Assembly (NCBI GenBank): GCA_036170915.1
Contig: JAVHQC010000036.1
Span: forward strand, 32,001-96,000
Direction of reading: 5' to 3'
Source of the DNA: Cyanobacteria bacterium auto_48_18
GTDB lineage: Bacteria > Cyanobacteriota > Vampirovibrionia > Obscuribacterales > Obscuribacteraceae
DNA length: 64,000 nucleotides
In this document: piece by piece, positions 39,067 through 48,080 of the stretch
Layout of the letters: every line of letters starts with the position of its first letter
Numbering within the stretch: position 1 is the first letter of the stretch
Notes under the pieces: model-generated
Told to the model about the DNA's origin: nothing
Database searches by the model: none
What the model saw: only the letters and a program-made list of their open reading frames with translations
Made by a program: the position numbers and the translations under genes

Positions 39067-40086
39067 CTATGATCGGCCCGCATTGCCAATTGAGGGCGGC
39101 CTGACAGGCGTATAAGCGCAGCAACCAGGTGCGCACTTATCACTGTTATCAGCCACGTTAGTTGATCTTAGTCGTTCTTCGACCATATCTCCCATCATTT
39201 TTACAAAATTAGCATTGGTGCCGGCCGTGCTGGTGCGCACAAATTGCATGCCAAGCTCACCCGCAAGGTCTTTCGCCTCGGTGTCCAGGTCGTAAAGAAT
39301 CTCCATATGATCAGAAATGAAGCCGATGGGATGAACCAGAACATTTTTAGTGCCCTGCTCAACGAGAGTGCGCATATGGTCCAAGATATCTGGCTCTAGC
39401 CATGGCTGGGCGGCAGGCCCGCTGCGGCTCTGGTAGACGAGTTTATAGTCAGTGATGCCGAGCTCTGAGGCAACTTTGTCACAATTTTCTTGCAGCTGTT
39501 TTACATAATCGCAGTTGTCAGCCATAGCCATAGGTATGCTGTGAGCGGTAAAGGCTACATGCACCTGAGAACGATTCTGCACTGGAAACGTCTCCAGGCC
39601 TGCTTTGACGTGCTCAATATTTGCTAGAACAAAAAGCGGATGTTTGTAATAGACAGGAATTTTGTCAATCTGCAAATCTTCAGCCTCGGCTTCAACCTTG
39701 GCTTTCTCAATATCTTCCAGATACTGTCTGCAACCAGAATATGAACTGTAGGCAGACGTGACGAAGGTGAGCACCCGTTTGATGCCCACCTCCTTCATCT
39801 GTCTGAGCGTATCAGTCAAAAGCGGATGCCAGTTGCGATTGCCCCAGTAAATCGGCAATGAAATGGAACGCAATTTCAATTCACTTTCAAGCGCGGCAAT
39901 CAACTGGCGATTCTGCTCGTTAATTGGGCTGACGCCTCCGAAGCGCTCGTAGTGATGAGCAACTTCTTTCATGCGCGCTTCAGGCACGTTTTTGCCCCGC
40001 AATACATTGGCTAGAAACGGCATTACGTCTGCCATTCCTTCAGGGCCGCCAAATGAAAGAAATAGCACGGCATCGTAATTTTTCAT
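39067..40086 (-). CDS. hemH: Ferrochelatase with C-terminal Cys motif
   Basis: SFGGPE, GG.SP, FTAHSIP, YQSRSG, WLEPD, GFISDH.E.LYDLD; C...CC tail. Confidence 0.95.
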   Translation of the reverse strand: MKNYDAVLFLSFGGPEGMADVMPFLANVLRGKNVPEARMKEVAHHYERFGGVSPINEQNRQLIAALESELKLRSISLPIYWGNRNWHPLLTDTLRQMKEVGIKRVLTFVTSAYSSYSGCRQYLEDIEKAKVEAEAEDLQIDKIPVYYKHPLFVLANIEHVKAGLETFPVQNRSQVHVAFTAHSIPMAMADNCDYVKQLQENCDKVASELGITDYKLVYQSRSGPAAQPWLEPDILDHMRTLVEQGTKNVLVHPIGFISDHMEILYDLDTEAKDLAGELGMQFVRTSTAGTNANFVKMMGDMVEERLRSTNVADNSDKCAPGCCAYTPVRPPSIGNAGRS

Positions 40087-40325
40087 TTTAGATTACTGGT
40101 CAATTTATCGAGCACTTCACCCTCTTGTGGAAAACGGCCGGTTTGCTTTTTAGAGAAAATCAAATTGCCGTCAACCTCTACTTCGAAAACGCCACCAGAA
40201 GACTGATGTATTGTTGTTGGATAGTTAAGTAGTTTGTTGATATCGGCTGCCAAACTGACAGCCCTAGATTTGTATCCTCAAGAACCACAAAAAGTTATGG
40301 ATACGTTTGGTTTATGCTCGCTCAT
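40083..40325 (-). CDS. SelW/SelT/SelH (Rdx) family selenoprotein, 80 aa, CxxU motif (not in ORF track)
   Basis: AAGGAG RBS; MSEHKPNVSITFCGS-U(TGA 40280-40278)-GYKSRAVSLAADI...SSGGVFEVEVDGNLIFSKKQTGRFPQEGEV; stop overlaps hemH ATG. Confidence 0.92.
40245..40263 (-). promoter_or_regulatory. Putative bacterial SECIS element of the SelW-like gene
   Basis: GGCUGUCA-GUU-UGGCAGCC stem-loop; G-initiated loop begins 22 nt after the UGA. Confidence 0.75.
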
Positions 40326-40342
40326 ATTGTCTCCTTTTGTTA

Positions 40343-40786
40343 TCACTCTAAAAAATCATTGTTGCGGATGTAGAGCTGTAGCTCTTCAAGATGAGTAACT
40401 TCATCTAAAATAATGGCTTCGTACATCAATTTAAGCACGATATCTTTTTGAAACTCGCGCAACTGCTCTTCATACATTTGAATGTGGCTTTCTTCCATGG
40501 CGATGTCTTCTTGCAGCATTTCAAGAAGAGTTTGCTCACCAGGTTCGCCTACTTCTTCCATTCTTACTGATGGGTGACCACCAAGCGCCACTATTTTTTC
40601 ACCCAGATGAGTGGCGTGCACCATTGAGCCCTGCACCAGACTGCGGAACAGCTTGACGAGCGGCCCGCGCCCGGGACCAAGCACGATGAATGAATGATGC
40701 AGATATCTGACTAGGCCAGCCAGCTCGCGCTCTAACGCCAGATTGAGGGCGGCAATTACTCTTTTCTTGTCAACTGTTGTTTCCAC
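40343..40786 (-). CDS. Bacterioferritin-like (ferritin-fold) protein
   Basis: LN.AL..EL....RY..H, M.HA..LGEKIVALGG.P, DE..H. Confidence 0.85.
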   Translation of the reverse strand: METTVDKKRVIAALNLALERELAGLVRYLHHSFIVLGPGRGPLVKLFRSLVQGSMVHATHLGEKIVALGGHPSVRMEEVGEPGEQTLLEMLQEDIAMEESHIQMYEEQLREFQKDIVLKLMYEAIILDEVTHLEELQLYIRNNDFLE

Positions 40787-40865
40787 AGCTTAATCCCCGC
40801 CTTGTGCGATAAATGGTAGATATAAATCCAATGATTAGTCCCATAATTTTAACTCACAGAATCAA

Positions 40866-42230
40866 ATGCAGACACTAACTAATATCAAGAGGACGCTCGC
40901 CTTTTCCCTGGTTCTTGCAGGGGCGGTTGCCTTCTTTGCACCCTTAGCGTGGGCTGCTGCTGAGAACGATATGTCAGTAAGACCACTGGCAGGAACATTG
41001 AACAATACGGCCGTGCTTAATAGTAATTGCCCTGAACTGGTGACTGGTGAGGGCATTTTGGTATCAACACTGTGTGGAGACGGCCGCGACGTACCGCAAA
41101 ATCACCTGAATTTCAAATTTAAAAATGACTTTGCTCTCTTCTTTCACCATATCAATAAGCAGAGCGAGGAAGACGCCAAGAAGACACTTTACGTTAGCTG
41201 GATTGCTTTCAATCCGCAGAAAAAAGCTGCCAAATTAATCGTTTCTGAAGAAGCTTCTTATCTGAGCCAACCTGATGCTCCTTTCGTCGAACGTCCGGCT
41301 TTAGCTCCCGATCCCGATAATATTCTTTATTCAGGCCCAGGAGACAGACTGACAGCTGATTTTATTCATGGCGCAAGATCAGCACAAGATTTACCCCTGA
41401 CTGTAACTGTGCCGGCGGGCGAAATGGCCATCGTCAGGCAAATGGATGTGCCTGTGGCAGATTTAAAATTTCACCATAACGGCCGTTCATTTTATGCTCG
41501 CGGCAATATCCAAGGGGCTCTTAATATGGCCACCATTGCAACTTTTTCAGAGTTAGGCCCACCTTCGTTGGCAGAGCTTGAAGCACTATTGCAGCGCTCG
41601 CTTTTAGCTCAACCTAGAGAGTACGAAAAGCTGGCGCCTACACCGGATGATTTTAAAGGTCGTTTTGTTTATGGCCGAGTGGCCGGAGTGCAAAAGGGAG
41701 CAAAAATTGAAGCTGCCCACAGCGTCACTCTTAGTAAAGCCAGTGAGGTGACGCGCAATTTTCCCATCAGTGCGCTAGTTAAGGGAACATTCGGCACCGG
41801 CGAAATTCAAAGTGCACCGCTTTTGCGCCGCTACCCCGACACCGCATATAGTGCCCATGGTAACTACTGCGTTGATTATAAAGTCAACTTGACCATCCAC
41901 AATAAAGATTACATCAAACGCAAGCTCTATGTCGGTTTTGATTGCCCGCTTAAAACAGACATAGATGAAATGAAGTATGCCGAACTGCCTGAAAAAGCAG
42001 TATTTTTTCGCGGTTCGCTGAAAGTTTCATCTGAACAATATGAGCGCTTTTATCATTTTGTACTACACAAAGGAGAAGCGCTTGAGCCCTTTGAGAGTTT
42101 TGAAATCGAACCAGGGCAGACACGTACTGTCACCGTGGAACTATTTTATCCACCAGATGCGACACCACCCCAGCTGCTTAAATTTTACAGCCCGCAATCT
42201 GAAAGCGAAGTTTCACCAGGGGCGATTTGA
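40866..42230 (+). CDS. DUF3370 family exported protein
   Basis: VRPL.G.L....VLNSNCPE.V..EGILVST, YLSQPDAPF, YGRVAGV, Y.AHGNYCV.Y, YPPDATPPQ. Confidence 0.85.
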   Translation: MQTLTNIKRTLAFSLVLAGAVAFFAPLAWAAAENDMSVRPLAGTLNNTAVLNSNCPELVTGEGILVSTLCGDGRDVPQNHLNFKFKNDFALFFHHINKQSEEDAKKTLYVSWIAFNPQKKAAKLIVSEEASYLSQPDAPFVERPALAPDPDNILYSGPGDRLTADFIHGARSAQDLPLTVTVPAGEMAIVRQMDVPVADLKFHHNGRSFYARGNIQGALNMATIATFSELGPPSLAELEALLQRSLLAQPREYEKLAPTPDDFKGRFVYGRVAGVQKGAKIEAAHSVTLSKASEVTRNFPISALVKGTFGTGEIQSAPLLRRYPDTAYSAHGNYCVDYKVNLTIHNKDYIKRKLYVGFDCPLKTDIDEMKYAELPEKAVFFRGSLKVSSEQYERFYHFVLHKGEALEPFESFEIEPGQTRTVTVELFYPPDATPPQLLKFYSPQSESEVSPGAI

Positions 42231-42243
42231 AAAGTACCAGATA

Positions 42244-43365
42244 CTAAGGCGCACTAGAATTTATTGCCTGATCGAGATCCTTCCAGAGATCGCTTGCATC
42301 CTCGATACCAACACTGATTCTCAAAAGTGCCGGCGGCAAATGACCTTGTCCAGGAATTGCCGCCCTGCGCTCAATAGTCGACTCGACTGCTCCCAAGCTG
42401 GTGGCATGTCTGATTAATTGCACGTTCTTGCAGACAGCATCTGCAAAATTTGCACTGCCTGCCACATCAAATGAAATTATGCTGCCAAAACCTTTAAGGA
42501 CTCTTTTAGCCGTTTCATGCGTTGCATGTGACGGTAGTCCTGGATAACGAACTTGGGTCACCAAGCCATGTCCGGAAAGTTTCTCAGCCAGAAATTGAGC
42601 CGTTTGCTGAGCCCGCTCCAGTCGCAGAGCCAAAGTGCGTACACCACGAACAGCCAAAAATGACTCAAGCGTGCCGGGAGTAGCCCCTGTCAATTCGCGA
42701 GATTTCCGCAAGCCATGCCACAGTGTTGCATCCCTTGTGGTGGCAACACCTGATAAAAGATCCGAGTGACCGCCAATGAATTTTGTCGCTGACTGTATCG
42801 AAACGGTGGCACCAAAATCGAGCGGTTGTTGGTTTAAGGGAGTTGCGAACGTATTGTCAACTGCTAAAATCGCTCCTGGTTTGCGAGGCGACGTACAGAT
42901 TTTGTCGATATCGACAACCGCGAGCAGCGGATTTGACGGAGACTCAAGCCAAACAAGGTCGGCGTTTACGCAGGCGTTGATCCAACCTTGTGTGTCTTCC
43001 ACAGGTATCCGTAATACTTTCCAGCGCCCTTTTTCCGCACCCGAAAGCACCAGGCCTGCTACACCCTGATAGCAGTCGTCCGGAAGTGCAACTACGGCTC
43101 CAATCGTAAGCTGGTCAAAAACTGCAGCTATAGCAGCCATACCCGAAGAAAAAGCGACCGCTTTGCCTGTCTCAAGCCCGCCTACGATATCTTCCAGGGC
43201 CTCCCAGGTTGGTGTGCCATCATCGCGAGAATATTCGCGTCCGCTGCCTATAATGAAGTTTGATGCTGGCACCATCGGAACGTTCAATGGTGACCCGGCT
43301 TCCAAAAACCTGCCAGCTCCAACAAGCCAGGACGCCGGTTGAATTTCTGAGGGACGCTTTTTCAA
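42244..43365 (-). CDS. Cys/Met metabolism PLP-dependent enzyme (cystathionine gamma-synthase/lyase family)
   Basis: YSR...PT, FSSGMAA, ESPSNP, VDNTFATP, SATKFIGGHSD, SLG.VES, RISVGIE; probable TTG start overlapping upstream stop. Confidence 0.9.
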   Translation of the reverse strand: MKKRPSEIQPASWLVGAGRFLEAGSPLNVPMVPASNFIIGSGREYSRDDGTPTWEALEDIVGGLETGKAVAFSSGMAAIAAVFDQLTIGAVVALPDDCYQGVAGLVLSGAEKGRWKVLRIPVEDTQGWINACVNADLVWLESPSNPLLAVVDIDKICTSPRKPGAILAVDNTFATPLNQQPLDFGATVSIQSATKFIGGHSDLLSGVATTRDATLWHGLRKSRELTGATPGTLESFLAVRGVRTLALRLERAQQTAQFLAEKLSGHGLVTQVRYPGLPSHATHETAKRVLKGFGSIISFDVAGSANFADAVCKNVQLIRHATSLGAVESTIERRAAIPGQGHLPPALLRISVGIEDASDLWKDLDQAINSSAP

Positions 43366-44891
43366 TTTGATACTCCAGAATATGTCTCTAATAATCCCTT
43401 TTCTTCCCGCCGCCACCAGTGGCCGGTTTTAAAGATAGTTGCTGGGGTCTCCAACTTATAATTGAAGATTCTTACACGCAAAAATTTGGGTGGCTCTTGA
43501 TTAAAAGGATTAGTCTGCACCAAACTCAAGACACTCTTGTCGTTGCGAGATAAGGCGCTAAGAAAGCTAACAAACCAGCGGCTTGGCTGCATTCCAGCCT
43601 GAGCATTGAGTGCTTCGAACCAGAGTTGCCAATCAAGACGTGGCATGTGTGGCGCTACTACCGGCAGTGGCCTATCGAGAGCGCCGATTTTGTAATGAAA
43701 TTCATATGCTCTGTAGTTCGTACCGTCGCTACTGCCTTCAATAATTAGCTCAGGCCGCTCCCTGGTCATGCTGGCAAAGAGGCCATAGCCTGCTGATATG
43801 CCCCAGCTCTGGCACAATGAATATGCAAATCTGGCTGGAGCAGGCAACATGTAGAAAAATTCACGGCCTGACGTAGTTAAGGCCAGGCTTATCGAGCTCG
43901 CAAATACAATAATGGTCATGGCCGGATAAACCATTAGCTTTTCCAGCACGATAAGACCCTTGCCGCTATTGTCTTTAAATGAAGCCGATTGACCAAGAAG
44001 CCAGTTTTGCAGCCATGTGAGGCGCAAAGTAGTCAAAAATTTCTCCAGATCTTTTTCTTGCAGCCAGGAGAGTGTCAGGGCGAAACTCAATAGATTGAAA
44101 AATCCGTAATTGCCAGAACAAGCAATGGCAACTTGCAAAAGACAAAAGAGAATTGCGGCAAATCGGCGCAGGGTAGCGGTGGTAAAGAGCAAGAAGGGCA
44201 CAAGCACTTCGATTATTAGAGTTGCCGCACAAGCCGCTTGGCTCACTAGAAGTGGCATCTGCTGACAAAATATAGATAGTGGCGTTGGTAGTGGCTGCGT
44301 TTCAAAATGATAGGTGAGCGCGGTTAGACTGAGCCAGCTCGAATCATTTGCCGGCTCAGTAAAAAGCTTGACGTAACCAGATGAGAACATTAAGCGGAAA
44401 GTTAACCAGGCAAGCGCTAAAACGGCCAGGTTGCGGCTTTTGGATGAAAAAGAGAAGAGTTGACTGCGGCCGAGAAAAATGGAAATGAATCCACTTTCAA
44501 GCAAAAGCATGTCCCATTGAAAAGAGAGAAAATCTTGGCCCACTGAAACTATAGACAAATAGCAAAGATAAAGTGCAAGGAGCACAAAGGGCTCAAGCAC
44601 TGCAAAGAAGAGCATCAGCGAGAGCAAACATCCCACCACCGTGACAGCTAGAAGAGTATTGAAATGCGGAGCAAAAAGTAAAAAGGAGGGCGAGCTGAGT
44701 AAGCCAGGCACAATAATATTCTGCTGTGATTGCGCTGCCTGTGCAAACAATGCCGTCACCGGAGCAATGCCTTGATCTCCATACAACCCTTGTAGTTGCG
44801 GCAGCAGCGAGGCAAAAGCACAGAAGTAGACTACTGCTAGAAGTCGCAGATATAGAGCAATAATCAGATCTGGAGATTTTTGCAGAATCAA
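43362..44891 (-). CDS. Lipase maturation factor (LMF1) family membrane protein
   Basis: GQDFLSFQWD.LLLE.GF, YHFETQPLP, GNYGFFN, YGLFA.MT..R.E..IEGS, PHMPRLDWQLWF. Confidence 0.92.
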   Translation of the reverse strand: MILQKSPDLIIALYLRLLAVVYFCAFASLLPQLQGLYGDQGIAPVTALFAQAAQSQQNIIVPGLLSSPSFLLFAPHFNTLLAVTVVGCLLSLMLFFAVLEPFVLLALYLCYLSIVSVGQDFLSFQWDMLLLESGFISIFLGRSQLFSFSSKSRNLAVLALAWLTFRLMFSSGYVKLFTEPANDSSWLSLTALTYHFETQPLPTPLSIFCQQMPLLVSQAACAATLIIEVLVPFLLFTTATLRRFAAILFCLLQVAIACSGNYGFFNLLSFALTLSWLQEKDLEKFLTTLRLTWLQNWLLGQSASFKDNSGKGLIVLEKLMVYPAMTIIVFASSISLALTTSGREFFYMLPAPARFAYSLCQSWGISAGYGLFASMTRERPELIIEGSSDGTNYRAYEFHYKIGALDRPLPVVAPHMPRLDWQLWFEALNAQAGMQPSRWFVSFLSALSRNDKSVLSLVQTNPFNQEPPKFLRVRIFNYKLETPATIFKTGHWWRREEKGLLETYSGVSN

Positions 44892-45409
44892 TTTAAAAGA
44901 GCGGTGCCGTTGTTATAAATTTTGGGCCACATAGCTTTAAGCCAATAAGTAAAGTGATCAGGGTTGGCTTGCATTGCACTGTCTAATTGGGCCAGTGAAA
45001 ACCAGCGCCAGTCCATTACCTCAGCACTATTGGGCATGGCATCGCCGCTAAAGCGGCCAAGAAATACGTGATCAAATTCGTGTTCAATCAACCCTTTGTC
45101 GAGTTGCACCTGATAAATAAACGAAAAAGCAAATTGTAAATCGGCGATGATACCCATCTCAAATTGCAAGCGAATAGCAGCAGCATCAACTGTGGTTTGA
45201 CCCGGCTCAGGATGCGTGCAACAGGTATTGCTCCACTTACCTGGCGAATGATATTTTTCCATAGCGCGTTGCTGCAATAATATTTCGCCTTGATCATTGA
45301 AAATGATTACTGACACAGCTCGGTGTAGCCGACCTGTCTGGTGAGCCAGCAGCTTCTCTGACTGCCCTAGCTCTTGGTCTAGAGTGTCAACCAGAATTAC
45401 ATCGGTCAT
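44888..45409 (-). CDS. idi: Isopentenyl-diphosphate delta-isomerase type 1
   Basis: LHRAVS, LLQQRA..KYH.PG.WSNTCC.HP, EHE.DHVF. Confidence 0.93.
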   Translation of the reverse strand: MTDVILVDTLDQELGQSEKLLAHQTGRLHRAVSVIIFNDQGEILLQQRAMEKYHSPGKWSNTCCTHPEPGQTTVDAAAIRLQFEMGIIADLQFAFSFIYQVQLDKGLIEHEFDHVFLGRFSGDAMPNSAEVMDWRWFSLAQLDSAMQANPDHFTYWLKAMWPKIYNNGTALLN

Positions 45410-46518
45410 GGTTTGCCCACTTTATCTAGCCAGGCTGTCAAACGAGTAAAAGCAGTAGATTTAGAGTCGACGGAAACATTCGCCGATATCGGGGGCGAAA
45501 TGCTGCTGCTCTTTTCAGGGCTTTTTGCGCGACCAAGTGCGTTGAGTGCATGGAATGTCAGCTCTCTAAAAATTTGGAAGTCAGATTCATCCCATTTTCC
45601 GGAGGCAGTGGGCACCAGCGTTTCCATTTGCCGAACGGTTTCTAAAGACAACTGATTGTTGTCTACAAAATTAGCTATGTGAGACGCTAAGATGGTAGTC
45701 GCTTTCTGCAAGAATTCTGCCTCTGTCTGACCATGCAAAGGCAGCCTGTTTTGGAAAAGCTTCATCAGCCTGATGGTGTCCACAGCGTGCAGCATATGCC
45801 TAGCATTGGCTGTGGAAGTTGAAGCAGCATGGAATCTAAAATCGCACAATTCTTGATCGACAAAATAATATTGGCCGCCGTTAATTATCCGCAACCAATA
45901 CTCGAGATCACCCAGCTGATGAAATTTAGTATTGAAACCATCACCAACTAAATTGCTGCGAAATGCCACCGTACATGGTTCGCCAATAAAATTATCAATA
46001 TAAAGCAAAGAAGCTTTGATTACTTCGTCGGCGCTGACAGGCGTATTGACGGGAAAATACTTGGAGGCTGAATTGACCATGCCTTCCAGATTGATGGCAG
46101 CGCCAGACTCGTTTATCCAGCGACGTTTGACACTAACTAAGGCTACATCAGAAAAGTTTGTCAGTACATCATGTACCACATTCAGCATGTTAGCGTGAAG
46201 AATATCGTCTTGGGCAAAAGGTTTTACTACTGGTGCTTTTGCCAATTTGAGACAGGCATTGTAATTGGCGAACAAACCAAGATTGGTGGAGTTGCTTGAC
46301 CAGCGAATGCGCTTGTCTTGTTGACCATAGCGATCAATTATTTCAACAGAATTATCAGTGGAAGCATCGTCGCAGATGATCAACTCAAAATCACTAAGAG
46401 TCTGAGCTTGAATGCTTTCAATAGCTTCGTTCAAATATTTGGCGCCGTTATAAACCGGCATACAAACAGAAACTAATGGTGGCATTGTCTTTCCTTTAAA
46501 TGCATCATATAAGGTCAA
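45406..46518 (-). CDS. Family 2 glycosyltransferase
   Basis: VSVCMPVYN, DDASTD, QDD, NFIGEP, D.EYWLR. Confidence 0.9.
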   Translation of the reverse strand: MTLYDAFKGKTMPPLVSVCMPVYNGAKYLNEAIESIQAQTLSDFELIICDDASTDNSVEIIDRYGQQDKRIRWSSNSTNLGLFANYNACLKLAKAPVVKPFAQDDILHANMLNVVHDVLTNFSDVALVSVKRRWINESGAAINLEGMVNSASKYFPVNTPVSADEVIKASLLYIDNFIGEPCTVAFRSNLVGDGFNTKFHQLGDLEYWLRIINGGQYYFVDQELCDFRFHAASTSTANARHMLHAVDTIRLMKLFQNRLPLHGQTEAEFLQKATTILASHIANFVDNNQLSLETVRQMETLVPTASGKWDESDFQIFRELTFHALNALGRAKSPEKSSSISPPISANVSVDSKSTAFTRLTAWLDKVGKP

Positions 46519-46554
46519 AGGCTGCCGGTCATGAACCTCAGTTTAGAATCTAAT

Positions 46555-48069
46555 CTAATGTTCTTCAAGTTGTCTATTGCGCCCTTTGCAGTACCAGAAT
46601 ATGGGTATGCCAGCTAGAAGTATGACCAGGCCTGTCAATTGCGCTACCCAGTGAACACAAACAAAGGCTGCATAAGCCCAGACAGACATTGCGATGAGAG
46701 CCATCACCCAGGCTAGCAAATTGCCACTCTTGCCGATTCTAAAGGGCCTGGCGAGGTCAGGATCAGTATGACGAAGGCTGATCAGGCAAAATCCGTAGAG
46801 AATTGCCACAAAGGCGTACATAAATCCAAAAGTATCACCAAGGAAAGCGTAGGCATCAGGAAATAACTTAGTTCGCGCTACCAGATTTGCTCCGATGGCA
46901 ATAAGTGAGATAAACCAGAACTGGAACCACAATGAATATTTCGGCACCTGAGTGATTGGGTCAAGTTGGGCAAATTGAGAAGGAAAAAGTTTAGTTTCAG
47001 CCATGGAGTAGCTTACTCTCGCTGCTCCCAACAAGGCGGTAAAGCCGCAGCCAACGATGGATGCCACCACGCAGGCACTAAATAACTGACCGCAAAAGGC
47101 GCCACCCAGCCAACCGGCGAGGGCAGGGCAAGTCGCCTGCACTGTAGTACCAGGTACAAGCAGGGTGCTCTTATCGCCACTGAGCTCATATGGCGTACAA
47201 ACGCTCACGCTCAAACACATAATCAGATAAATTGCGGTGATTGATAGCAAAGTCAGGATCAGACCTCTAGGCACGCTGCTTTTGGCATCGGCCGTTTCAG
47301 ATGAGACACAGCACGATAACTCCAGAAATGAGAAACCGGCCATAGCAAGCATCAGTACCGAAGAAACGTTGGCAAAAAAGTCGCTGCCACCACTCGGATT
47401 TGAAAAATTCAAAGCATACTTAAATGACCATTGAGGCGAAGTAAAAACTAAGACTGCAAAAAGCACCACCATACCAAGTTTCATAATGGTAAAGATGTTG
47501 CTGGCACGGCTGGCTTTGCCTATGGGTAAAAGATTGAGAAAGGTGGTGGCACCAAAGAGGGCCAGAATTACTAAGGGCCCGAACCAGAGCGGAGTTTCTC
47601 CACTGCCCCAGATATTAGAGCCGAGTAAATTAGTCAAACCATTAGCCATACAGGCAAGGCCAACAATTAGTGATGACCAGAACAACCAACCCGTGAGAAA
47701 GCCTAAAAGCTCACCACTGGCTGGAAACACTCTTTTGAGAGCGTAATACTTAAATACATATGGCCCACCAGCAGTGGGAAACATGGAGGATAGCTCCATC
47801 AAAATCAAAGTCAAAGGCAATGACAAAACACCGGCCAAGAGCCAGGCGAACAGACAGGCGGCTGTGCCAGATCTTGCCAACATGGGGCCATGCATAAGCC
47901 AAGCCATTGAGCCAATAATGGTGCCAACACCGAGCATCCATGAGCCGAAAGAACTGATGCCGATCTTCAGGTTGGCACCAATTTGCAGTGGTGACAAACT
48001 TTTGCTTGCCGAAAGATCAGGTCCAAGCTCATCGGACATAGAATGTAAAGCTCCGCCACTATCTGGCAA
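46555..48069 (-). CDS. APC family amino acid permease
   Basis: GTIIGS, ELSSMFP.AGGPY, GF..GW, RPFR; about 12 TM segments. Confidence 0.9.
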   Translation of the reverse strand: MPDSGGALHSMSDELGPDLSASKSLSPLQIGANLKIGISSFGSWMLGVGTIIGSMAWLMHGPMLARSGTAACLFAWLLAGVLSLPLTLILMELSSMFPTAGGPYVFKYYALKRVFPASGELLGFLTGWLFWSSLIVGLACMANGLTNLLGSNIWGSGETPLWFGPLVILALFGATTFLNLLPIGKASRASNIFTIMKLGMVVLFAVLVFTSPQWSFKYALNFSNPSGGSDFFANVSSVLMLAMAGFSFLELSCCVSSETADAKSSVPRGLILTLLSITAIYLIMCLSVSVCTPYELSGDKSTLLVPGTTVQATCPALAGWLGGAFCGQLFSACVVASIVGCGFTALLGAARVSYSMAETKLFPSQFAQLDPITQVPKYSLWFQFWFISLIAIGANLVARTKLFPDAYAFLGDTFGFMYAFVAILYGFCLISLRHTDPDLARPFRIGKSGNLLAWVMALIAMSVWAYAAFVCVHWVAQLTGLVILLAGIPIFWYCKGRNRQLEEH

Positions 48070-48080
48070 ACAATTTTACC

